13,998 bases of DNA from Trueperaceae bacterium (GCA_035703635.1 DASSXV010000032.1:1-13998), one strand, 5' to 3'. Positions 1 through 7,726 are shown, counted from the stretch's first letter. The notes: generated by a model from the letters alone, not told the origin. Made by a program: numbers and translations.

Positions 1-350
1 AGTGAGGCGAGGACTTGCGCTACGCGCAGCACGTCCTCCGCGCCTTGGACTTTCGGCACGCGGACCGCGTGGAGGCCCGGCCGCACGACCGCTTCCAGGT
101 CGTCACGCCAAGCGCCGTCCTGCGCCCCGATTCTCACGACACACGCGACGTCTGAGGTGACGAAATCGGGGAGGGCCGCACGAATGACCTCTCGTGCTAC
201 GGCCTTGCGTTCGGGCGCTACGGCGTCCTCAAGGTCCAGCACCACGGCGTCGGCGCCTGAGATCAGCGCCTTGCTGATCTTGCGAGCGTCGTCCCCTGGG
301 ACGAACAAGTAGCTTCGGCGAACGCCAAGGCTTGACGCGGTGAGGGTCAC
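1..350 (-). CDS. CitE-like CoA-ester lyase (HpcH/HpaI aldolase/citrate lyase beta family), 5' part; runs off the left edge
   Basis: Manual translation from GTG at 350: MTLTASSLGVRRSYLFVPGDDARKISKALISGADAVVLDLEDAVAPERKAVAR...VVRI...VRVPKV. RSxLFVPG, DxVxLDLEDAV and PKV are CitE/malyl-CoA lyase hallmarks. The start overlaps the CoA-transferase stop (GTGA, 347-350). Not in the ORF track because it has no stop in the window. Confidence 0.92.
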   Translation of the reverse strand, partial: MTLTASSLGVRRSYLFVPGDDARKISKALISGADAVVLDLEDAVAPERKAVAREVIRAALPDFVTSDVACVVRIGAQDGAWRDDLEAVVRPGLHAVRVPKVQGAEDVLRVAQVLAS

Positions 351-1561
351 ACCACCCCATCCCGCCTGAGCTCCTCGAGCTCCTCGCTCTCCACGCCGAC
401 GCTGCCGAGTATCTCGGCCGTGTCGGCCCCAAGCGGGCGTCCAGCGAAGCGGATGGCGCCGGGCGTGTCGGACAACCTGAAGAGGACGTTCTGCATCTTC
501 ACCGTGCCGAGCTCTGGATCCGGTACCTCAGCTATGCTCCCCAATGCGCGGTACTGCGGGTCGCTCATGACGTCGGACACGTCGTAGATGGGTATGGCGG
601 CGGCGCCTGCCGCCTCGAATGCCGCGATCACCTCGGCGGAGTCACGCGCCGCGATCCACGACCCAACGATCTCGTCCAGGAGGTCGGCGTGTTCGGCGCG
701 TTCGTGACCAGAACCGAACCACGGCTCCTGCGTGACGTCCGGCCGACCAACTAGCGTCATCACCCGCTCAGCTATCGTTTGAGCGCTGGTAGACACCGCG
801 ATCCAGCGGCCGTCCTTGCTGCGGTAAGTGTTGCGTGGTGAGTTGTTGACCGAGCGGTTGCCCGTTCTCCCCTGGATGACGCCAAGTTGGTCGTACACCG
901 TCGGTTGGGGTCCGAGAACGCTAAGGATGGGCTCGATTATCGCGAGGTCTATCATCTGACCTTCGCCGCCTCGAGCGTCGCGGTTGTAAAGCGCCATCAT
1001 CACCGCGATGGCGCCCGACAGCGCCGTTATGCCGTCGGCAAGGCCGAAGGGCGGGAGCGTGGGCGGACCCCCGGCTTGGCCCGTGATATGCGCGAAGCCG
1101 CTCATGGCCTCGGCGATCGTCCCGAATCCGGGGCGGTTGGAGTAGGGCCCGAACTGCCCGAAGCCAGTTACGCGCGCGAGCACCAGCCGCGGGTTGAGGT
1201 CGTGCAGGTCGGACCAACCCAGGCCCCACTTCTCGAGCGTTCCCGGGCGAAAGTTCTCTATGACGACGTCAGCCGTCGCCGCTAGTCGTTTGAAGATCCG
1301 CTGGCCGCGCTCGTCGCCGAGGTAGAGCGTCATGGTGCGCTTGTTGCGGCCGAGCAGCTTCCACCACAGGGCTACGCCGTCTTTCTGCGGACCGTGACCG
1401 CGGGCCGGGTCGCCGCGTGGGTGTTCGACCTTGATGACGTCGGCGCCGAAGTCGCCGAGGACGGTCGCTAGGAACGGTCCGGCGAACAGGGTCGAGACGT
1501 CCAGCACCCGGATTCCCTCGAGCACCTTCTTACCTTCGCTACCGGCTACGCTACTGTCCAT
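347..1561 (-). CDS. Family III (CaiB/BaiF/Frc) CoA-transferase
   Basis: LEGIRVLD..AGP..LGDFGADVIKVEHP.GD, RNKR, ADVVIENFRPG, NPRLV..R.TGFGQ.GP, and the candidate catalytic Asp in GLADGITAL. AAGGAG lies 13 nt upstream of the ATG. Confidence 0.95.
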   Translation of the reverse strand: MDSSVAGSEGKKVLEGIRVLDVSTLFAGPFLATVLGDFGADVIKVEHPRGDPARGHGPQKDGVALWWKLLGRNKRTMTLYLGDERGQRIFKRLAATADVVIENFRPGTLEKWGLGWSDLHDLNPRLVLARVTGFGQFGPYSNRPGFGTIAEAMSGFAHITGQAGGPPTLPPFGLADGITALSGAIAVMMALYNRDARGGEGQMIDLAIIEPILSVLGPQPTVYDQLGVIQGRTGNRSVNNSPRNTYRSKDGRWIAVSTSAQTIAERVMTLVGRPDVTQEPWFGSGHERAEHADLLDEIVGSWIAARDSAEVIAAFEAAGAAAIPIYDVSDVMSDPQYRALGSIAEVPDPELGTVKMQNVLFRLSDTPGAIRFAGRPLGADTAEILGSVGVESEELEELRRDGVV

Positions 1562-1604
1562 CGCCGTGGCACAACTCCTTTCAAGGTGGCGCGACCGCGC
1601 CTAA

Positions 1605-3071
1605 CTAATGACCGAGGTAAACGCGCGCGACGGCTTCGTCTTGCCGCATGTCCTCGGCCGCGCCTTGCATCGCCACCACGCCGTTCTCGAGCACGTATGC
1701 CCGGTGCGAGATGGCGAGGGCCAGCACGGCGTTCTGCTCGACCAGCAACACGCTCAACCCCTCCGCGTTCAGCCGCAGCAGGGCCTCGGCCACCTCTCGA
1801 GCTAGTAGGGGTGAGAGGCCGAGGGTCGGCTCGTCGAGCAGGAGGAGCTTCGGACTGCTCATCAGCGCTCTGCCGATCGCGAGCATCTGCTGCTCGCCAC
1901 CCGAGAGGCTCCCCGCCAGTTGGCTCGCGCGCTCCCGCAGGCGAGGGAAGAGGTGGTAGACGTGCTCCAAGGCTCCCTCGGTTGCGCCGCCGCTGGCACT
2001 CGCGCCCAAGTCGAGGTTCTCGAGCACCGTCATGCGAGGGAAGATCTCCCGTCCTTCCGGGCAGTGAGCCAGCCCTCCGCGCACCCTAGCCACTGGCCCG
2101 ACGGCGGCGAGGTCGCGGCCGAAGAGCCGGATGGCGCCCGTGGCGAGGGGCACCAGACCGGATATGGCGCGCAGCGTGCTCGTCTTGCCAGCCCCGTTGG
2201 AGCCAACAAGCGCGACGATCTCGCCGCGCCCGACGCGGAGGTTCAAGCGGTCGAGGGCGCGCACCTGACCGTACTTCACGCTGACGTCCTCTAGTTCGAG
2301 GACCGCTTCATCCGCGTTCAGGGCCGGGCTTGGCGCGGCGACCTCGTCGCCGGCACCAAGGTACGCACGCACCACTTCCGACTGCTTGGTTACTAGATTG
2401 GGGTAACCCTCAGCGAGCTTCACCCCGTAATCCATGACCACGAGCCGGTCACACCCACGCGCCATCGTCTGCATGTGGTGGTCGATGACCATGACGGTGA
2501 CGCCCCGGTCGCGGAGGCGGTGGATGAGTTCCATCGTCTCGTTCGCCTCCGTATCGTTCATGCCTGCGAAAGGCTCGTCCAGCATCAGGAGGAGCGGCTT
2601 CGCCGCTAACGCCAGCGCGATCTCTAGTACGCGCTGCTCGCCGTACGCGAGACCGCCAGCTAGGTCTTCCTGCCTGTGAAGCAGCCCAACCTCGGTGAGT
2701 ACGGCCTTGGCGTGCTCATCTAGGGCAGCCTCCCCTGCGCCAACTAGGTGACTTGCCACCAACACGTTCTGGCGCACACTCAGGTCGGCGAACACCCTGG
2801 TGTGTTGAAAGGTGCGGACCATCCCACGCCGCGCAAGGCGGTGAGGGACGAAACCGGTGACCTTCTGACCTAGGAACTCCACGCTGCCGCTAGTGGGCTT
2901 CAGATAGCCAGTCACGACGTTGAAGGTCGTGGTCTTACCGGCACCGTTCGGACCGACTAGTCCGAGGACCTCACCCTCTTTGACCTCGAACGACAGGCCG
3001 CTGACCGCGGCGAAGCCCCCGAACGTGCGCGTAAGGTTCTCGACGCGCAAGATGGTGCGGGCGGTGCTCAC
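1605..3071 (-). CDS. Branched-chain-amino-acid-type ABC transporter ATP-binding protein, LivG-LivF tandem fusion
   Basis: Two complete NBDs: GPNGAGKTT/LAYGEQR/LLMLDEP/IDHH (LivG-like) and GSNGAGKTS/LSGGEQQM/LLLLDEP/VEQN (LivF-like). The GTG start overlaps the LivM-like stop (3068-3071). Confidence 0.93.
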   Translation of the reverse strand: MSTARTILRVENLTRTFGGFAAVSGLSFEVKEGEVLGLVGPNGAGKTTTFNVVTGYLKPTSGSVEFLGQKVTGFVPHRLARRGMVRTFQHTRVFADLSVRQNVLVASHLVGAGEAALDEHAKAVLTEVGLLHRQEDLAGGLAYGEQRVLEIALALAAKPLLLMLDEPFAGMNDTEANETMELIHRLRDRGVTVMVIDHHMQTMARGCDRLVVMDYGVKLAEGYPNLVTKQSEVVRAYLGAGDEVAAPSPALNADEAVLELEDVSVKYGQVRALDRLNLRVGRGEIVALVGSNGAGKTSTLRAISGLVPLATGAIRLFGRDLAAVGPVARVRGGLAHCPEGREIFPRMTVLENLDLGASASGGATEGALEHVYHLFPRLRERASQLAGSLSGGEQQMLAIGRALMSSPKLLLLDEPTLGLSPLLAREVAEALLRLNAEGLSVLLVEQNAVLALAISHRAYVLENGVVAMQGAAEDMRQDEAVARVYLGH

Positions 3072-4078
3072 CGCGCCACCTTGGCGCGCGCCCGGCCTAG
3101 CAGTCGCTGCGCGCCGCCGACCAGCCCAGTGGGCAGCGCGATGATCACGGCAATCAGGATCACGCCGTAAACGACTTGTGAGAGGGCGGGCGCCATGCCT
3201 TTGAGCCCAGACGCTAGGACCGTGAGGAAGACGGGTCCGACAATGGGCCCGAGGGCCGTGCCTGCTCCGCCCAGCAAGTTCATGACGAACAGGTCGAAAG
3301 AGTGCACGAACGTGAAGGAGTCGGGGCTAATGAACGCCGTGTAGTGGGCGTACAAGGACCCGGCCAAACCCGCGAAGGCCGCCGCTACCGTGAAGGCAGC
3401 AACCTTCACGCGGTACGTGGGGATGCCGACGCTCTCTGCGAGGTTCTCGTCACCCTTCACGGCCGTGAGGGCGCGCCCGAACCTCGAGCGCGTGATGGCC
3501 GCCCTGAGTAGCAACGTGACTGCGACGAACGCGAGGACGAAGTAGTAGTAACCGACCTTGTTGATGATGGTCCTGAAGGTATGGCTAAAGCCGAACAGCT
3601 CGAGCGTGACGAACGGCACCCCGGTCAGCCCCATGGGTCCACGGGTGAGGTCGACCATGTTGGTCATCAGGATGGTGATGATGATGCCGACTATGAACGT
3701 CACAACCGAGAAGTAGTGACCCTTGAGGCGCAGGGCGGGTATGCCAACGACCAACCCGGCAAGCGCGCCCGCGACTACGGCAGCTGGCAGAGCGACCGCG
3801 ATCGGTTGCCCCGCCTTCATCAGTAGCGCCGAGGCGTACGCTCCCACGCCCATGAACGCAGCGTGCCCTAAGGAGATGAGGCCCGCGCTACCGATGAGCA
3901 GGTCGAGGCTAGCTACCAAGATGACGTTGATGCCGAGCAACACGAGCAGGTTGCGGGCGACGAGTCCTGTGAACAAGTGTGGAGCTAGCAAGGCGAGCAC
4001 GCCAACTAGCAACCAGAGGGCGGCCTGCCACGCCCTTACACGGCTCCGCGCTCGCCCGGTCGCTGGCGGACTACTCAC
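3068..4078 (-). CDS. LivM-type ABC transporter permease (about 336 aa)
   Basis: G.ISLGHAAFMGVGAY, LRLKGHYF, T.GPMG, SRFGRAL.AVK.DE..AESVGI, FISPDSF and GG.GT..GPIVG motifs. Start reassigned to GTG 4078, which overlaps the LivH-like TGA; the ORF-track extension to 4483 overlaps the upstream permease and reads as nonsense. Confidence 0.92.
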   Translation of the reverse strand: MSSPPATGRARSRVRAWQAALWLLVGVLALLAPHLFTGLVARNLLVLLGINVILVASLDLLIGSAGLISLGHAAFMGVGAYASALLMKAGQPIAVALPAAVVAGALAGLVVGIPALRLKGHYFSVVTFIVGIIITILMTNMVDLTRGPMGLTGVPFVTLELFGFSHTFRTIINKVGYYYFVLAFVAVTLLLRAAITRSRFGRALTAVKGDENLAESVGIPTYRVKVAAFTVAAAFAGLAGSLYAHYTAFISPDSFTFVHSFDLFVMNLLGGAGTALGPIVGPVFLTVLASGLKGMAPALSQVVYGVILIAVIIALPTGLVGGAQRLLGRARAKVAR

Positions 4079-4947
4079 AACTTGGCGTCCTGCACGCCGA
4101 AGAGTCCGCGGGGCCGCACAAGTAGAACCAAGACCATGAGCACGAACGCCGTTAGTTCGGCGTATTGCGTGTTGATGATGAGGGCCGTGAAGTTCTCGGC
4201 CAGCCCGACGATGAGCGCGCCGACGATGGCTCCAGGAACGCTGCCCATACCACCGAAGATGACGATGGCGAACGCCTTTATGATGACGATGGCTGCGATG
4301 CTCGGGTCGAAGGCGTTCACGCCGGAAGCCAGCGTGCCAGCCGCGCCCGCCAAAGCGCCAGCGAGCAGGAAGGCGGTTAGTTCTACTCGGAACGGCGCAA
4401 GGCCGATGATGAGGGCGCCGCGCCTGTTCTGGGACACTGCCCGCAGGGCCTTTCCGACGGGCGTTACTTTGAGGAAGAGCCACGAAAGCAGGACGAGGAC
4501 CACGACGATGCCAGCGATCAATGCTTGGTAACCGGTCCAGCTCGCCCCGAAGAGGATGAGCCGCACGTTGGCCAGCGGGGCTCTCACGAGCCTGAAGTCC
4601 GCCCCGAAGACGAGTAGGGCTAGGTTCTGCAATATCAGCAGGAGGCCGAGGGCGGCTACGAAGGTCGTTGTGCCACTGAACTTGCGCAGCGGCCGATAGA
4701 CAGCAAGATAGTTCGTTCCAGCGATGAGCCCGCCCACCACCATCGCGAGCGGCAGCGCAACGAAGAAGTTGAGCCCGAACGTGGAAGTAGCGAAGAAGGC
4801 TACGTAGGCGCCCGCCATGTAGATCGCGCCCTGTGAGAAGTCGGCGATGTCGAGGACGCCCAAGACGAGGGTCAAGCCCAGCGCCACCAGAGCGTAAAGG
4901 CTGCTGGAGTGGAGCGCGTTGAGGAGTTGTTGTAGTACTAGCTCCAT
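4075..4947 (-). CDS. LivH-type ABC transporter permease (about 290 aa)
   Basis: MELVLQQLLNAL..YALVALGLTLV.G, T..GKALRAVSQN, KAFAIVIFGGMGSVPGAIVG and VLLVRPRGLFG. Start reassigned to ATG 4947; the ORF-track extension overlaps the SnoaL-like gene. Confidence 0.92.
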   Translation of the reverse strand: MELVLQQLLNALHSSSLYALVALGLTLVLGVLDIADFSQGAIYMAGAYVAFFATSTFGLNFFVALPLAMVVGGLIAGTNYLAVYRPLRKFSGTTTFVAALGLLLILQNLALLVFGADFRLVRAPLANVRLILFGASWTGYQALIAGIVVVLVLLSWLFLKVTPVGKALRAVSQNRRGALIIGLAPFRVELTAFLLAGALAGAAGTLASGVNAFDPSIAAIVIIKAFAIVIFGGMGSVPGAIVGALIVGLAENFTALIINTQYAELTAFVLMVLVLLVRPRGLFGVQDAKL

Positions 4948-4963
4948 GGCCTGACGCTGCGCC

Positions 4964-5407
4964 TCACACCGTCTTGAGCAGGACGCCGCTCTCGGCCAAG
5001 TCGTTCCAGACGTCTTGCCGGGCCAGGAGGCGACCGTCAACTTCGAAGCGGTCGACGAAGCGCACGCCTTCGAAGTCAACGCCGTGCACGTTCGTGCCGT
5101 AGAGGGTGCCGCGCACCCATACCACTTCGGCGCCGCCAGACGAGAGACTCTCGACGGCTTCGATGCGCTTCGCCACCCATTGGTAGCGTTGGCGGCTGCC
5201 ACTGACGAGGTCTTCAAGCGCAGTGAGCCGCTTGGGTCCGGGGAACACCATGGTGAAGCCCGGCGCTAACGCGGCCTTGGCGGCCGTCAGGTCGCGGGCC
5301 TCCATGGCTGCTAGGAAGGCCACTGCTACGGCTTGCGCCGTCCCCGCGTCGGGGTGGGCGCTCAGCCAGTCGGTCGGGCTCGGTGGGCTGCCAAGTGCGC
5401 TGTTCAT
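4964..5407 (-). CDS. SnoaL-like / NTF2-fold protein
   Basis: 147 aa with V.AFLAAME.RDL.AA...LAP.F.M.FPG, followed by beta-strand motifs VWVRGTLYG...G..FEGVRFVDRFEV.G.L..QDVWND typical of the NTF2/SnoaL fold. GAAGGGA lies upstream; the gene sits in the operon between the SBP and permease genes. Confidence 0.8.
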   Translation of the reverse strand: MNSALGSPPSPTDWLSAHPDAGTAQAVAVAFLAAMEARDLTAAKAALAPGFTMVFPGPKRLTALEDLVSGSRQRYQWVAKRIEAVESLSSGGAEVVWVRGTLYGTNVHGVDFEGVRFVDRFEVDGRLLARQDVWNDLAESGVLLKTV

Positions 5408-5438
5408 TGCGTGCGTCCCTTCGCGTCGCAGGTCCTCA

Positions 5439-5488
5439 CTAGAAGTGGCGCCGCCTGGGACTCCGTCCGGCAGGCGGCGCGACTCTAG
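5439..5488 (-). repeat. Intercistronic inverted repeat / RNA stem-loop just downstream of the SBP gene
   Basis: Perfect 10-bp arms GCGCCGCCTG (5448-5457) and CAGGCGGCGC (5471-5480), an inner GGAC/GTCC mini-stem, and an outer imperfect CTAG..AGT/ACT..CTAG extension. No U-tract. Confidence 0.75.
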
Positions 5489-5501
5489 CTTCAGGCGCCG
5501 G

Positions 5502-6752
5502 TTAGTTACAGAGGTCCGCTTCGGTCAGAAGGACAGGTTCGACGAAGGCGTAGTCACGGTCGGCGACGAGTAGCAGTCCGTCCGAGTCGAAGGTGGCGAC
5601 GCCCGCCCCTAGCACGGCTTGGCCGCACTGGAGGAAGTGGTAGTTGCCGTAAGACAGCTCGAAGTCTTGGCCCGAGAGCACTTGTTGCATGGTGGCGGCC
5701 GGATCGGTCGTGCCTGCGCGCTCCATGGCCTGTTTGATGAGCATGACGGTGCCCCAACCCAGGCCGTGGTTGCGGCCAGGGGTGATGCCTAGGATGCGCT
5801 CGCCGGCATCGAGCAGGGCCTGAACGCCGGGCTCGATCGCGGTGCGGTCGAAGGTGCGGGCGGCTGTGCCGGTGTCGTCGTACCAGGGGAAGTAGACGCC
5901 TTCGACGTTCTGTTGGCCGACGGCGCTTACGACGCTAACGTCGGACACGAGATCGGATCCGTAGAGCGTCTGCGTGATACCGAGCTCGTCGCTCTGGAGC
6001 AGGATGCCGATCATCTCTTGGGCCAAGCCGATGCCAACGATAGCGTCGGCTCCGGAGGCCTTGGCCTTGGTCAGCAAGGTGCGGAAGTCGGTGGCGGCGT
6101 ACGCGAAGTACTCAGGCTCGGCCACTAGGCTGCCGCCAAGCGCCTCGACGGTCGCCTTGAAGTGCTTGATCATGCTGCGACCGAAGTCGGTGTTCTGGGC
6201 CATGGCGAAGAACGTCTTATCACCGTTCTCGAGCACGGCGTACTTGGCGAGCGGCACCATCTCGTTGCGTGCCTGCACGCCGAGGCGCGCGGAGAGGACC
6301 GCGTTCGCGTCCGCGCGGGCAGTGGTCGTGAGTTCGTCGGCGTAGGCGTAGGCGATCTGCGGGATGCCTAACGCCGCGAGTACTGGCATCTCAGCGAGCG
6401 CCGCTGAGCTGCAGAACGAACCGCCTACGAAGGTAGCGCCTGCAACGGCCAACCTGCTGGCAGCGTCGATCGCTCCTTGTGGGCTACATAGATCGTCCTC
6501 GAAGACGAGTTTGAGCGTGACCGTCTGATCGCCGACTTTGAAGCCGCCAGCGTCGTTTATCACCTGGGCTGCGAGTTCGGCCCCGACTTTGCTCTCGGTA
6601 CCTTCTTTGGCGGCACCTCCAGTAAGTGGGAGGGAGAAGCCGATGGTGACGACCGTTTGGGCCGCGCCCACGCTGACGAGCGCCAGCAAGAGCGCCGCCA
6701 GGATGCCGCGAAACGCCCATCCTTGTCGTCTGGATGCGTTGCCGAATGACAC
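5502..6752 (-). CDS. ABC transporter substrate-binding protein, LivJ/LivK (periplasmic binding protein type 1) family
   Basis: Sec-type signal peptide (RR..FR, hydrophobic core, VGAA|QT), then IG.S.PLTG..A..G, EDD.C.P, G.FCSS, N.DFGR and DF.TLLTK.KASGAD. GAGGAGG (6762-6768) lies 9 nt before the GTG. Confidence 0.92.
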   Translation of the reverse strand: MSFGNASRRQGWAFRGILAALLLALVSVGAAQTVVTIGFSLPLTGGAAKEGTESKVGAELAAQVINDAGGFKVGDQTVTLKLVFEDDLCSPQGAIDAASRLAVAGATFVGGSFCSSAALAEMPVLAALGIPQIAYAYADELTTTARADANAVLSARLGVQARNEMVPLAKYAVLENGDKTFFAMAQNTDFGRSMIKHFKATVEALGGSLVAEPEYFAYAATDFRTLLTKAKASGADAIVGIGLAQEMIGILLQSDELGITQTLYGSDLVSDVSVVSAVGQQNVEGVYFPWYDDTGTAARTFDRTAIEPGVQALLDAGERILGITPGRNHGLGWGTVMLIKQAMERAGTTDPAATMQQVLSGQDFELSYGNYHFLQCGQAVLGAGVATFDSDGLLLVADRDYAFVEPVLLTEADLCN

Positions 6753-6829
6753 GATAATCCGCCTCCTCGTTGGAAGGTGCCGACCGGCCGTTTGGACGGC
6801 GGCTGGCCTAGTTGGTCAATTTCACAGTG

Positions 6830-6858
6830 AGTGTAGCGCCGGTTTGACAGGCTGTCAA
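6830..6858 (-). promoter_or_regulatory. sigma70-type promoter for the transporter/CoA-transferase operon
   Basis: On the minus strand: TTGACA (6858-6853), 17-bp spacer, TACACT (6835-6830). Predicted TSS near 6823. Confidence 0.75.
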
Positions 6859-6872
6859 CAGGACAACATAAT
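6844..6872 (+). promoter_or_regulatory. sigma70-type promoter for gntR-amidohydrolase, probably giving a leaderless mRNA
   Basis: TTGACA (6844-6849), 17-bp spacer, CATAAT (6867-6872), 6 nt, ATG (6879). No SD upstream of the ATG. Confidence 0.75.
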
Positions 6873-6876
6873 GTCC
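6853..6876. promoter_or_regulatory. Candidate GntR operator(s)
   Basis: Inverted repeats TGTC-N5-GACA (6853-6865) and GGACA-N6-TGTCC (6861-6876) overlap the promoter elements next to the gntR gene. Confidence 0.4.
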
Positions 6877-6878
6877 GT

Positions 6879-7694
6879 ATGAATTTTCCTTCGGGGCCTG
6901 AGGGCGTCGCCCGACTACTCAGCGGAGCGTTGCCGGACGTCAACCGTGATAGCCCCTTGCCTTACTATCACCAACTCAAGAACATCATCCTCGACCAGAT
7001 CCTGCTGTTGAAGGATGACCAGCAGCTGGCCCTCCTCCCGACCGAGCGTGAGTTGCAGGAGCGCTACCAAGTCTCGCGCTCCGTCGTCAGGCAAGCAGTC
7101 GACGAACTGGTGAAAGAGGGTTACGTCGTGCGGCAGCAAGGTCGCGGTACCTTCGCCGTTCCGCACCGCGTGCGCCACAATCCTCAACCAGAGACAGCGC
7201 GCTCGCTAGGGCTATCCGGCTACCTGAAGGTGCGTGGGATCGATTCCAACACGACGTTGCTCTCTCGCGGGCTCCAGGCAGCCGAGCCAAGCGTCGCGCT
7301 TGCTCTCGGGCTTGCGCCGGGGGCCGAGATCCTGCGCTTCGAGCGGGTGCGCTTAGCGGCCGACGTGCCGATCGGGCTGCACATCGTGAGCCTGCCAGCG
7401 GCGCTGATCGCGGCCGCAGAAGGCGGCGTCGACGACGAATGGCTCCTGTACGGCGAGTCCTCGATGGACTATCTGACCGAGCGCCTCGGGCTTACCATCG
7501 GCCACAGCACGCGCACCATCGAGGCCACCGCCCTAGACGAGCACCAAGCTGAGTTCCTGCGCGGCCAGCCGGGCCAACCTGCGCTCCGCGTTAGGCGCAC
7601 CGTCAAGGACCGCTATGGCCGCCCGATCGAGTACTTCGACGCCGTCTACCGCGGCGACATGTTCGAGTACTCACTGGAGTTCGACCACACCTGA
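6879..7694 (+). CDS. GntR-family transcriptional regulator, HutC/UTRA subfamily
   Basis: wHTH motif SPLPYYHQLK..LPTEREL.ERYQVSRSVVRQAVDELVKEGYV.RQQGRGTF, and a C-terminal UTRA pattern RFERVR..P, TIEA, PALRVRR...GRPIEY..AVYRGD.FEY. Confidence 0.95.
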   Translation: MNFPSGPEGVARLLSGALPDVNRDSPLPYYHQLKNIILDQILLLKDDQQLALLPTERELQERYQVSRSVVRQAVDELVKEGYVVRQQGRGTFAVPHRVRHNPQPETARSLGLSGYLKVRGIDSNTTLLSRGLQAAEPSVALALGLAPGAEILRFERVRLAADVPIGLHIVSLPAALIAAAEGGVDDEWLLYGESSMDYLTERLGLTIGHSTRTIEATALDEHQAEFLRGQPGQPALRVRRTVKDRYGRPIEYFDAVYRGDMFEYSLEFDHT

Positions 7695-7726
7695 GGCACT
7701 AACTGCGCCTCGCCCAAGGAGGAAGT

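Noticed and set aside
229-432. 67-aa minus-strand ORF
   Set aside because: Wrong frame; the region is explained by the CoA-transferase end and the CitE-like gene start.
1588-1601. Small hairpin GGCGC-GACC-GCGCC between the ATPase and CoA-transferase genes
   Set aside because: Only a 5-bp stem with no U-tract; likely by chance at this GC content.
1586-2089. 167-aa antisense ORF over the ATPase, and similar antisense ORFs (887..1285, 10575..11099, 11452..11958 and others)
   Set aside because: Fully overlap well-supported genes, are compositionally biased and show no family motifs.
4079-4483. N-terminal extension of the 471-aa ORF 3068..4483
   Set aside because: It overlaps the LivH-type gene in another frame and is Arg/His-rich nonsense; the real start is the coupled GTG at 4078.
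4948-5217. N-terminal extension of the 380-aa ORF 4075..5217 (apparent fusion or frameshift with the SnoaL-like gene)
   Set aside because: It is an alternative frame of the SnoaL-like gene. LivH homology starts at ATG 4947 and the SnoaL-like gene has its own stop at 4964.
6787-6800. Hairpin GCCGT-TTGG-ACGGC in the SBP 5' UTR as a possible riboswitch
   Set aside because: The predicted UTR is only about 70 nt, with no recognisable aptamer motif or terminator.
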